NCBI RefSeq assembly: GCF_016127575.1
Contig: NZ_CP066018.1
Coordinates: 3,210,001 to 3,242,000, forward strand
Reading direction: 5' to 3'
Length of the DNA stretch: 32,000 bases
Source: Cupriavidus necator
GTDB taxonomy: Bacteria; Pseudomonadota; Gammaproteobacteria; Burkholderiales; Burkholderiaceae
Part shown: positions 23,399 to 31,787 of the stretch, piece after piece
Layout: the number at the start of each line of letters is the position of its first letter
How positions within the stretch are numbered: position 1 is the first letter of the stretch
The notes under the pieces: generated by a model
Told to the model about the DNA's origin: nothing
Databases searched by the model: none
What the model saw: the letters and a program-made list of their open reading frames with translations, nothing else
Program-made: the position numbers and the translations under genes

Positions 23399-25501
23399 AT
23401 GCGCTTTGACACACTGCTTGTCGCCAACCGCGGAGAAATCGCACTGCGGGTCCTGCGCAGCGCGCGCAAGCTCGGCTTGCGCACGGTCGCCGTCTATTCG
23501 GACGCCGATGCCCGCAGCCTCCACGTGCGCGAGGCCGATCTGGCCGTGCGCATTGGACCGGCCGAGGCTGCCCGCAGCTATCGGCATGCCCATGCGCTGA
23601 TCGAGGCATGCCGGCGCACCGGAGCCCAGGCGATACATCCGGGCTATGGATTCCTGTCTGAGAACGCGGAGTTCGCGCAGGCGGTCGCCGATGCGGAAAT
23701 TACCTTCGTAGGGCCCTCTGCAGACGTCATTGCGTTGATGGGAAACAAGGCCCAGGCAAAGCTCGCCATGCAGAAAGCCGGCGTGCCGACTGTGCCAGGA
23801 GAACAGGGCTGCGCGACCGACGAGGAGGCAATCGCTGCGGTCGAGCGCATCGGCTTCCCGGTCATCCTGAAGGCGGCGGCAGGCGGGGGCGGCCGCGGCA
23901 TGCGGGTCGTGCGCGATGCCTCGACCTTGCTGGCGGCGCTGCGACAGGCGCGCTCCGAGGCGGCAGGCGCATTCGGCTCTGACGAGATCATCATCGAGCG
24001 CGCCATCGAACGGGGACGACACATCGAGATCCAGGTGCTGTGCGATGAACATGGTCGCTGCTTGCACCTCGGTGAGCGCGACTGTTCGACACAGCGGCGC
24101 TTCCAGAAGCTCATCGAGGAAGCCCCTTCGCCCGCGGTGAACGCCGAGCTGCGCCGCGCGATGGGAGAGGTCGCTGTGCGCGCCTGCGAGGCCATCGGGT
24201 ACACGGGCGCCGGCACGCTCGAATTCCTGCTTGACGGAAAAGGACGCTTCTATTTCATGGAGATGAACACGCGGCTCCAGGTTGAGCACGGCGTGACAGA
24301 ACTGGTCACGGGGCTGGACCTGGTGGAGCAGCAACTGCGCATTGCCCAGGGTGAGCGGCTCGCGTTCGGGCAGGAGGATGTACGCATGCGCGGCCATGCC
24401 ATCGAGGTGCGGCTGTGTGCGGAGGACCCTGCGGCGGGCTTTCTGCCTCAGGTGGGCCGCGTCGACGTCTGGCGGCCGTCGCCCGACATCCGCGTTGATA
24501 GCGCGCTGCAGGACGGCATGGAGATCGGTTCCGACTACGACTCCATGGTCGGGAAGATCATGTCCTGGGGCGAGACGCGCGAGGAAAGCATCAACCGCCT
24601 GGTCCGGGCCTGCGAGCGCACGGCGCTGCTGGGCGTCCGAACGAACCTTGGCCTGCTCGCCCGCTGTCTGCGTCATTCACGCTTCGTGACCGGTGAAGTC
24701 ACTACCGACTTCCTGGCGGGCGAAGACATGGGCGGCCCGGCCTGGCGAGCACAGCCGTCGGTGCATGCACGCGCCGCGGCGGCCTTGCTGCTGTCAGGCG
24801 CAGTCGGCCGCGAGTCATCTGGCATTCGCCGGCTGCCGGCTGGCCCGGCGCAGACGCGGGCGTTGTGGCTCGTGGACGCGACCCATGCGCTCAACGCGGG
24901 CGCCGCCGCGCAAGGGACGGCCAGCGCAGTCGAACTGCGGCCGTCCGATGACGGGGGCGAAGTTCTCATCAGCTTCCGGGCTGGCGCAGCGGTGCCCGCG
25001 CGCGACGGGAAGCGTTCCGAAGCGTGTGACGACGAGCCTGTCTGCAGCGTCGGCAATGTGCACTGGGCGCCGATCGCCGGCTCAGCCCGGGGACATGGCG
25101 GCACGCTCGGGTTGGCCGTCGATGGCGTGTACCGCCAGCTGCTGTGCGACTCGCCTCGGCGCGACGAATGGTGGCTGCAGGATGGCGCGGATACCTTCGT
25201 GTTCAGGCGGCTGGCGCGCTTCGAGGCCAGCGACGGCGAGGCGCGGGGAGGCAGCGTGCGGGCGCCGATGAGCGGGCGCGTGATCGCCGTCATGGTGGGT
25301 GAGGGCGACGCCGTCGAGCGAGGCCAGACCCTGGCCGTCATGGAGTCCATGAAGATGGAAATGCCCCTGGCCGCGCCAAGCACGGGACGCATTGCGCGCC
25401 TGCTTGTCCAGGAGGGCATGCAGCTCAATGCCGGCCAGGTGCTGATCGAAGTCGGCACGGGCGCCGAGGAGGGTGCCATCCAAGCCCAGGAGGCGACCTG
25501 A
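23399..25501 (+). CDS. Acyl-CoA carboxylase alpha subunit (biotin carboxylase + BT linker + BCCP)
   Basis: MRFDTLLVANRGEIALRVLRSARKLG...HPGYGFLSENAEFA...ILKAAAGGGGRGMR...EMNTRLQVEHGVTE. The C-terminal biotinyl domain reads GQTLAVMESMKMEMPLAAP. Confidence 0.92.
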   Translation: MRFDTLLVANRGEIALRVLRSARKLGLRTVAVYSDADARSLHVREADLAVRIGPAEAARSYRHAHALIEACRRTGAQAIHPGYGFLSENAEFAQAVADAEITFVGPSADVIALMGNKAQAKLAMQKAGVPTVPGEQGCATDEEAIAAVERIGFPVILKAAAGGGGRGMRVVRDASTLLAALRQARSEAAGAFGSDEIIIERAIERGRHIEIQVLCDEHGRCLHLGERDCSTQRRFQKLIEEAPSPAVNAELRRAMGEVAVRACEAIGYTGAGTLEFLLDGKGRFYFMEMNTRLQVEHGVTELVTGLDLVEQQLRIAQGERLAFGQEDVRMRGHAIEVRLCAEDPAAGFLPQVGRVDVWRPSPDIRVDSALQDGMEIGSDYDSMVGKIMSWGETREESINRLVRACERTALLGVRTNLGLLARCLRHSRFVTGEVTTDFLAGEDMGGPAWRAQPSVHARAAAALLLSGAVGRESSGIRRLPAGPAQTRALWLVDATHALNAGAAAQGTASAVELRPSDDGGEVLISFRAGAAVPARDGKRSEACDDEPVCSVGNVHWAPIAGSARGHGGTLGLAVDGVYRQLLCDSPRRDEWWLQDGADTFVFRRLARFEASDGEARGGSVRAPMSGRVIAVMVGEGDAVERGQTLAVMESMKMEMPLAAPSTGRIARLLVQEGMQLNAGQVLIEVGTGAEEGAIQAQEAT

Positions 25502-25580
25502 CTGCACGGAAGCCGAAACGCAGATCGGACCCGCGGGGCACGACCACAAGCACGTCCGCACACACTACAGGAGAGCATGA

Positions 25581-27443
25581 ATGGGCCAAAACGCAAAGTC
25601 CGGCCGCGCGGTTGTCATTGGCGGCGCATCGGGATTCTGGGGCGACTCGCAGATTGCCGTCCCGCAATTGCTGCAGGAGCCGGAACTGGGCTACCTCGTC
25701 TTCGACTACCTGGCCGAGACCACCATGGCGATCCTTCAGCGAGCGCGCCTTCGGGCGCCGGAGCTGGGTTATGCAACGGATTTTGTCAGCGCGGCGCTGA
25801 GGCCCAACCTGCGGGCTCTGAAGCAGCATGGGGTGCGCCTGGTGTCCAACGCAGGCGGCCTTAACCCGGCAGGCTGCCGCGATGCCATCCTTGCCTTGGC
25901 GCGAGAGCAAGGGCTGGAGCTGAAGGTGGCGATCGTATCCGGCGACGACGTGCTGGCACTTCAGGGGAGATTCCTGCCTTGGCCCGGTGACGAGGCCGAT
26001 GCCAGCCTCCCGCGGTTGATGTCGGCCAATGCCTACCTCGGTGCCCTGCCCATTGCCGAGGCACTGGACGGCGGCGCGGACATTGTCGTCACCGGCCGTT
26101 GCGTGGATAGTGCCGCGCTGCTTGGCATTGCCATCCACGAGTTCGGATGGTCGATGCAGGACTACGACCGGCTGGCGCAGGGCAGCCTTGCAGGCCACCT
26201 GGTGGAGTGCGGGGCGCAGGCCACGGGCGGGCTGTTCACGGACTGGGAGCGCGTACCGGACTGGACCAACATTGGCTACCCGCTGGTGCGCATGACAGCC
26301 GACGGCGTATTCGAGCTCTACCAGCCGTGTGACGCGGGCGGACTGGTGACGCGCCAGACCGTGGGCGAGCAGCTGCTCTACGAGATCGGTGATCCGCAGG
26401 CCTATGCGCTGCCTGATGTGGTCTGCGATTTCTCCGAGGTCCGCATCGAGGACCTGCCGGGCTTCGAAGCCAGTGGCGGCCGCGTGCGCGTCAGTGGGGC
26501 GCGGGGAAGGGCGCCCGGCGATTGCTACAAGGTGACAGCGACCTACCAGCAGGGCTACCAGATTGCACTGATGATGGCCATTCGCGGACAGCGGGCGTTG
26601 GAGAAGGCCGAGCGTACGGCGCAAGCGCTGCTGGCGCGTAGCCGCGGCCTGATGGCCAAGGCCGGCCATGCCGACTACAGCGACACCCTGGTGGAGTTGC
26701 TAGGCGCCGAATCCATGTACGGGCCGCATCGTCGCGTACGAGACAGCCGGGAGGTGGTGCTGCGCATTGCTGCCCAGCACGATGACAAGCAAGCGTTGAC
26801 GTTCTTGCAGAAGGAGGCGGCGTCAGCCGGCACCTCCATGGGGCCGGGAACGCGCAGCCACTTTGGCGGGCGTTCGGATATCCAGAGTGTGATCCGCACG
26901 GCCTCGTTCCTGCTCCCCAAGCAGGAGGTGACGGTGCAATGGAGGCTGGCTGACGAGCCGGCGACAACGGTGGCGGTGCCGGCGTGTGGTGTGCCCTCGG
27001 AGCGGCCGGCAATGACTTCGCACACGCCCCGGAGACCGCCTGGGGACGAGCCGCGGCAGGACGCGCGCGGCCTCGTGCGTATTCCGCTCGGCACACTGGC
27101 GGTCGGGCGCAGCGGCGACAAAGGCAACGATGCCAACATCGGATTGATGGTGCGCGATCCTGCGTGGCTGCCTGTGGTCAGCGCGCAGGCGACGGCGCAG
27201 AGGGTACGCGACTACTTTGCGCATCTGATTGAAGGCCCGGTGAAACGCTACGAACTGCCGGAAATCGGCGCCTTCAACTTTGTACTGGAAAAGGCACTGG
27301 GTGGCGGTGGTTCCTGCAGCCTGCGTTCCGATCCGCTGGGCAAGTGCTATGCACAGATGCTGCTGGACATGGAAATCGAATGTCCCGCGGACCTTCTGCC
27401 AGAAACGGCGGCGGGGACAGCGGGGACAGCGCCCACACCTTGA
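25581..27443 (+). CDS. AtuA-family protein (DUF1446-type domain fused to a ~100-aa C-terminal domain)
   Basis: VVIGGASGFWGDSQIAVPQLL...LGYLVFDYLAETTMAIL...VVTGRCVDSA...HLVECGAQATGG matches the AtuA N-domain pattern as I remember it. A Pro/Arg-rich linker spans about 26960-27070. The C-domain reads VRIPLGTLAVGRSGDKGNDANIGL...FNFVLEKALGGGGSCSLRSDPLGK. Confidence 0.75.
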   Translation: MGQNAKSGRAVVIGGASGFWGDSQIAVPQLLQEPELGYLVFDYLAETTMAILQRARLRAPELGYATDFVSAALRPNLRALKQHGVRLVSNAGGLNPAGCRDAILALAREQGLELKVAIVSGDDVLALQGRFLPWPGDEADASLPRLMSANAYLGALPIAEALDGGADIVVTGRCVDSAALLGIAIHEFGWSMQDYDRLAQGSLAGHLVECGAQATGGLFTDWERVPDWTNIGYPLVRMTADGVFELYQPCDAGGLVTRQTVGEQLLYEIGDPQAYALPDVVCDFSEVRIEDLPGFEASGGRVRVSGARGRAPGDCYKVTATYQQGYQIALMMAIRGQRALEKAERTAQALLARSRGLMAKAGHADYSDTLVELLGAESMYGPHRRVRDSREVVLRIAAQHDDKQALTFLQKEAASAGTSMGPGTRSHFGGRSDIQSVIRTASFLLPKQEVTVQWRLADEPATTVAVPACGVPSERPAMTSHTPRRPPGDEPRQDARGLVRIPLGTLAVGRSGDKGNDANIGLMVRDPAWLPVVSAQATAQRVRDYFAHLIEGPVKRYELPEIGAFNFVLEKALGGGGSCSLRSDPLGKCYAQMLLDMEIECPADLLPETAAGTAGTAPTP

Positions 27444-27493
27444 CCGGGCGGCAGGGCACTTTGCGACCGACAACGAACCAGGAGACATGAGCC

Positions 27494-28540
27494 ATGCAAG
27501 CGACACAGCAACCGGACTACCAAGCTCAGAGCACCACGCGGCGGCTCGCCAAGCGACGATGCCGCGTCGCCGTGAGCGCGCTGGGTGCCATCCTGTGGGG
27601 CGCTGCAGCCAGCGCCCAGCCAACGTCCACTCCCGGCACTGATCGCATCGACAAGCCGGTGCGCATCATCGTTGCTTACGGAGCCGGCGGGGCTTCGGAC
27701 AGCATCGCGCGTTTCGTGGGCGACGGACTCTCCAGGCGTGCCGGCAAGCCCGTGATCGTAGAAAACAAGTCCGGTGCTGACGGCAACATTGCAGCCGACG
27801 CTGCAGTCCGCGCGTCGACCGATGCTTACACGCTGCTGGTGTCCGGCTCATCGACGCACGCGGCAAACGCCACCATCTACCGCAAACTTCCCTATGACCC
27901 GGAAGCGGACTTCACGCCGCTGGCCACAATGGCCAGCACACCCTTCGTGTTGCTCGTGAATCCAAAGCGTGTTCACGCAGCAACGTTCAAGGAGTTCCTG
28001 GCATGGGCCAGGAAGGAGAGCAATCCGCTTTCCTTTGCGAGCGCCAACGTGGGAGGCCGTATCAGCGGGGAGTTGTTCAAGCAACGAGCAGGCGTCAAGG
28101 CAGTCAGCGTTCCGTACAAGAACAGCAGCCAGGCCATGACGGACCTGCTTGGCGGCCAGTTCGACTACTACCTGTGCGACATGGTCACCGCGCTGCCGCA
28201 GATCCAGGCCGGAACCGTGCGCGCCCTGGCAATCTCCAGCTCCGAACGAGTGCAGTCATTACCTGATGTGCCGACACTGGCGGAAAGCGGATTCCCGGAC
28301 TTTGACGTCAGTTCGTGGATCGGCATCTGGAGCGCTAACGCGTCGACGCCCCAGCCTGTGGCCAGGCTGTTGTCGCGCTGGATCGCCGATACGCTGGACT
28401 CGCCCGATGGTCGTCATTTCCTCATCGGCAAGGGCCTGATTCCGGCCAAGGTTGCCCCGATGCATCTGCAGGAGTTGCAGCGGCGCGACACCAAGCTCTG
28501 GGGAAAAATCATCATTGACGCGGGAATGCAGCAGCCATGA
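27494..28540 (+). CDS. Bug/TctC-family TTT substrate-binding protein
   Basis: Signal RRLAKRRCRVAVSALGAILWGAAASA. Contains PVRIIVAYGAGGASDSIAR and YKNSSQAMTDLLGGQFDY. Confidence 0.9.
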   Translation: MQATQQPDYQAQSTTRRLAKRRCRVAVSALGAILWGAAASAQPTSTPGTDRIDKPVRIIVAYGAGGASDSIARFVGDGLSRRAGKPVIVENKSGADGNIAADAAVRASTDAYTLLVSGSSTHAANATIYRKLPYDPEADFTPLATMASTPFVLLVNPKRVHAATFKEFLAWARKESNPLSFASANVGGRISGELFKQRAGVKAVSVPYKNSSQAMTDLLGGQFDYYLCDMVTALPQIQAGTVRALAISSSERVQSLPDVPTLAESGFPDFDVSSWIGIWSANASTPQPVARLLSRWIADTLDSPDGRHFLIGKGLIPAKVAPMHLQELQRRDTKLWGKIIIDAGMQQP

Positions 28541-28554
28541 AGCCCATAGCACGT

Positions 28555-29409
28555 TCAGCGCGGCGAGATCAGGCGGCTGATGCCCAGTGCGCTCTCGCTA
28601 AGCTTGTCGGTGCGCGCATAGAGCCGGTAGCTGATGGTCGGCAGCGCTGGCATGCCGGCGTGAGGGTCCAGGACCTTCAGGTCAGGGGCCAGCATCTCCA
28701 CGGTGCGAGGCGTGACCCCCATGCCCGCTCGCAATGCCGCCCGGATACCCGCCAGCGTCGAGGTTTGGAAAGCGACACGCCAGGGGATGTTCGCGTCCGA
28801 CAGGGACTTGATTGCCATGCTATGAAACGGACAGGCCCCCTCGATGAGCACGAGCGGTACCGGCGCGCCGGGCTGATGGTGGTATCGCGCGCCTGCGATC
28901 CAGGTTACGGGAGAGGTGCGCAGCACGACCTGATCGAACTCCGGGTTGGGCACAGGGTCAAGCATGACGACCAGGTCAATCTCGCCGCGGCGCAGGGACG
29001 AGGTCAGCCAACGGCGGCGGCCAACCTGGATGTCCACGCGCAGGCCGGGAAAAACCTCTGCACACATCTTCAGGTATTCGGGAATGAGCGAGTCGACGGC
29101 ATCCGCGCAAGCTCCGACTTTCACCGGTTCGTCGAAGGCTCTCTGGGTCATGGCGCGATAAGCCTCATCGTTCAGGCCGACGATGCGACGCGCGTAGTCC
29201 AGGAGCCTGGTGCCCGCCGTGGTCAGGCGTTTGCTGCGTCCAACGCGCTCGAACAACACGCAGTCGAGCGCGGTCTCCAGCTTTTGCATCTGCTGCGACA
29301 CGGCCGCCTGGGTGCGGAAGACCTGCTCTGCCGCCACAGCGAAGTTTTCTTTCTCTGCCACGGCAACGAACGTGCGAAGCAGGCCGATGTCAAGGTTGCG
29401 AAAGCTCAT
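28555..29409 (-). CDS. LysR-family transcriptional regulator
   Basis: ATG 29409. MSFRNLDIGLLRTFVAVAEKENFAVAAEQVFRTQAAVSQQMQKLE is a wHTH domain, followed by a periplasmic-binding-fold effector domain. Its stop is only 14 nt from the convergent Bug stop. Confidence 0.9.
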   Translation of the reverse strand: MSFRNLDIGLLRTFVAVAEKENFAVAAEQVFRTQAAVSQQMQKLETALDCVLFERVGRSKRLTTAGTRLLDYARRIVGLNDEAYRAMTQRAFDEPVKVGACADAVDSLIPEYLKMCAEVFPGLRVDIQVGRRRWLTSSLRRGEIDLVVMLDPVPNPEFDQVVLRTSPVTWIAGARYHHQPGAPVPLVLIEGACPFHSMAIKSLSDANIPWRVAFQTSTLAGIRAALRAGMGVTPRTVEMLAPDLKVLDPHAGMPALPTISYRLYARTDKLSESALGISRLISPR

Positions 29410-29420
29410 GTCGAATAGCG

Positions 29421-29466
29421 TTGCGGCTGCCGCTTGCAAGTTGTCGTGATTCCCAACATTAACATT
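29421..29466. promoter_or_regulatory. Divergent LysR/hydratase control region: TTGC-N11-GCAA dyad containing GCGGC-t-GCCGC, CTTGCAAG, and tandem AACATT AACATT
   Basis: Read directly at 29421-29439, 29423-29433, 29433-29440 and 29455-29466. The intergenic region is only about 62 bp. Confidence 0.35.
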
Positions 29467-29471
29467 CAGGA

Positions 29472-30380
29472 TTGAACAGCGTGACTTCCAGCGTATCCTC
29501 CACACCTATCGAAGCTACAGGGCCGTCTGTCATCACGGACGCACCGTTCGTTCGCACCGTCGTTCACGGAGCCGTTTTTCGCATCGAGCTTAACCGATCC
29601 GATGCGAGGAATCCACTGGGCGCCGACATGGTTGCGGCCTTGTCAAAGGCGGTTGATCAGGCCGAGCAAATGGATGACGTGCGGATCATCCTCTTCACCG
29701 CAGCGGGAAAGGCCTTCAGTGCTGGTGGGGATCTCGGCAATATCTCGGACCGCCTGGCGGTCAAGCCCGGCGCGGATGGCCAGGATCCCATCGCGGTGGG
29801 TAACCGGCGCTATGGCGAGTTCCTTGCCCGGCTCATCCGGTCGTCGAAGGTCACGGTGGCCTGTGTGCACGGCGCAGCCATGGGCGGAGGCGCGGGCCTT
29901 GTATGCGCGGTGGATATCGCCATCGGTTCACCCGCGGCCCGGTTCGGCTTTCCAGAGGCCGGTATTGGCCTGGTGCCCGGGCAAATCCTGCCTTTCGTCA
30001 GCGCACGCATTGGCGTTCAAGTAGCGCGCCGCCTCATGCTCACCGGTGAACGGATCGATGGCGCGGAGGCCCACCGTCTCGGGTTGCTGGATTACCTTGC
30101 CGAATCCGAGGAGGCGTTGCCTGCGCGCGTGCGGGAAATTCTGGGGTCCGTCGTTGCCACGGCACCCGCAGCCAGCGCTGCAACCAAGTGCCTTCTGACG
30201 CAGATGCGCCCACTTTCGGCACAGTCGCACGAGGCATTGACGCACTACCTGGACACTGCCTCCGTCAAGTTTGCGCAGCAGATGCGCTCCGAAGCGGTGG
30301 AAGGCGTGACAGCCGCCCGGGAGCGCAGGCCGGCGCTCTGGAACGTGGGGGCCGAACTGCCGCCGCTTGCGGCGAACTGA
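29472..30380 (+). CDS. Enoyl-CoA hydratase/isomerase (crotonase fold; AtuE/LiuC-like)
   Basis: RIELNRSDARNPL...ILFTAAGKAFSAGGDL...VHGAAMGGGAGLVCAVDIAIGSPAARFGFPEAGIGLVPG. The start is uncertain (TTG 29472 or GTG 29481). Confidence 0.85.
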   Translation: MNSVTSSVSSTPIEATGPSVITDAPFVRTVVHGAVFRIELNRSDARNPLGADMVAALSKAVDQAEQMDDVRIILFTAAGKAFSAGGDLGNISDRLAVKPGADGQDPIAVGNRRYGEFLARLIRSSKVTVACVHGAAMGGGAGLVCAVDIAIGSPAARFGFPEAGIGLVPGQILPFVSARIGVQVARRLMLTGERIDGAEAHRLGLLDYLAESEEALPARVREILGSVVATAPAASAATKCLLTQMRPLSAQSHEALTHYLDTASVKFAQQMRSEAVEGVTAARERRPALWNVGAELPPLAAN

Positions 30381-30421
30381 ACCACACGCGTCGAACGTCA
30401 ACTTTTCGGAGGTTGGAAATC

Positions 30422-31615
30422 ATGGCATCGCTGGAAGGCTTGAAGGTCGTGGATCTGTCCCGCGTACTTGGTGGTCCCCTGTGTGCGCAGATCCTCGGGG
30501 ATCACGGTGCCAACGTGATCAAGGTGGAAGGTCCGATGGGCGATGAGACGCGCACCTGGGGGCCGCCCTTTAATGAGGCTGGCATGGCTTCGTACTTCGC
30601 GGGCATCAATCGCAACAAGCGCACTGTGTGCCTCGACCTCGCGTTGCCGCAAGGACGCGAAGTACTGATGCAGCTGCTCACCGAAGCGGACGTGCTTATC
30701 GAGAACTTCAAGGTCGGCACCCTGGAGCGTTGGGGGATGGGGTACGACGACGTGCTCTCCTTGCGCTTTCCAAGGCTGATCCATTGTCGTGTCACGGGCT
30801 TCGGTGCGACGGGGCCGCTCGGTGGGCTGCCCGGCTACGACGCCGCGGTACAGGCGCTCGGTGGCATCATGAGCATCAACGGTGACCCGGATGGAACGGC
30901 CACGCGCGTTGGGGTGCCGATCGTCGATGTGACGACTGGTCTGAGCGCCGTGATCGGGGTGTTGTTGGCCTTGCATGAGCGTGAGCGCAGCGGTAAAGGA
31001 CAGTCCATTGAGTCGGCACTGTATGACAACGCTCTGTTCTCCCTATACCCACACTCCATCAACACGCTCTTCACCGCCAAGGCTCCGATGCGGTCTGGCA
31101 ATGGCCATCCGAACATCGCGCCCTACGACACCTATGCCACTGCCACCGAGCCCATCTATCTCGCGGTCGGCAACAATGGCCAGTTTCAGCGGCTGTGCGA
31201 AGCGGTGGACCGAACGGAACTGGCGGTCGATGCGCGCTACGCAACCAATGCTCAGCGAGCCGTGCATCGTTTCGAGCTCAAGCGCGATCTTGAGGCCGCC
31301 TTCAGCCGCTTCGAAGCGCAGTCGCTGTTCGAACGCCTGGTGGCAGTTGGCGTGCCGTGCGGTGTCATCCACAACGTGGTCGAGGCGCTGAACCACCCGC
31401 ACACGGCACACCGGGGCATGGTGGCTGAAATTGGAAAATTCAAGTCGGTCGCTTCGCCGGTCAAGCTTAGCCGCACGCCGGCAACGTACCGTGAAGCTCC
31501 GCAAGAGATCGGCGCGAACACGGTGGAGGTGCTGCGCGAGGCGGGCCTTACGGAATCACAGATCGAAAAGCTGCTCGAGCAGGGGGTGGCGCTTCAGCGC
31601 AAGCGCACTCCGTAA
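30422..31615 (+). CDS. Family III CoA-transferase (CaiB/BaiF)
   Basis: GGAGG RBS. MASLEGLKVVDLSRVLGGPLCAQILGDHGANVIKVEGPMGDETRTWGPPF...ENFKVGTLERWGMGYD...GYDAAVQALGGIMSINGDPDG...VPIVDVTTG. Confidence 0.9.
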   Translation: MASLEGLKVVDLSRVLGGPLCAQILGDHGANVIKVEGPMGDETRTWGPPFNEAGMASYFAGINRNKRTVCLDLALPQGREVLMQLLTEADVLIENFKVGTLERWGMGYDDVLSLRFPRLIHCRVTGFGATGPLGGLPGYDAAVQALGGIMSINGDPDGTATRVGVPIVDVTTGLSAVIGVLLALHERERSGKGQSIESALYDNALFSLYPHSINTLFTAKAPMRSGNGHPNIAPYDTYATATEPIYLAVGNNGQFQRLCEAVDRTELAVDARYATNAQRAVHRFELKRDLEAAFSRFEAQSLFERLVAVGVPCGVIHNVVEALNHPHTAHRGMVAEIGKFKSVASPVKLSRTPATYREAPQEIGANTVEVLREAGLTESQIEKLLEQGVALQRKRTP

Positions 31616-31654
31616 GGTGCAACCCCGACAGCGGAGCCGCACACTGGCGACATC

Positions 31655-31697
31655 ATGGCCGCACTGAAATCCGGCCATCGGTCGGAGCGATTTTTTT
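31655..31697 (+). terminator. Probable rho-independent terminator of the hydratase/CoA-transferase unit
   Basis: Hairpins ATGGCCG-N10-CGGCCAT (31655-31678) and CCGGCC-atc-GGTCGG, followed by T7 at 31691-31697. Confidence 0.45.
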
Positions 31698-31744
31698 GCT
31701 GTTGACTGCTGCAGCGGCCTCGGCAATACCGCTCCGCTCACGGC

Positions 31745-31776
31745 AAAAAAATCCCCCGAGGCTGTTACTTGGGGGA
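31745..31776 (-). terminator. Rho-independent terminator for the minus-strand gene at the right edge
   Basis: On the minus strand, TCCCCC-N13-GGGGGA (31776-31752) is followed immediately by T7 (31751-31745). Confidence 0.6.
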
Positions 31777-31787
31777 GGTGCTGGTCT

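Noticed and set aside
11678-26669. Very long antisense ORFs in the track: 11678-12922, 15059-16576, 16248-17930, 19509-20363, 20648-22327, 22409-23353, 23384-24676, 24673-25596 and 25425-26669, all on the minus strand.
   Set aside because: Each lies opposite a plus-strand gene with clear family motifs. Their translations are Arg/Ala/Gly/His/Pro-rich with no recognisable motifs. This is the usual stop-codon-poor shadow frame of high-GC DNA.
28541-28554. Only 14 nt separate the convergent stops of the Bug gene and the LysR gene, with no terminator.
   Set aside because: Tight convergent gene ends are common in compact bacterial genomes and are not informative alone.
3726-30421. N-terminal extensions of track ORFs: starts at 3726, 4213, 11525, 14951, 16146, 22163 and 30188 on the plus strand, and the 11021 and 29505 ends on the minus strand.
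   Set aside because: The extensions overlap upstream genes or intergenic DNA, are Arg/Pro-rich, and lack an RBS. Internal starts with Shine-Dalgarno sequences give N-termini typical of each family.
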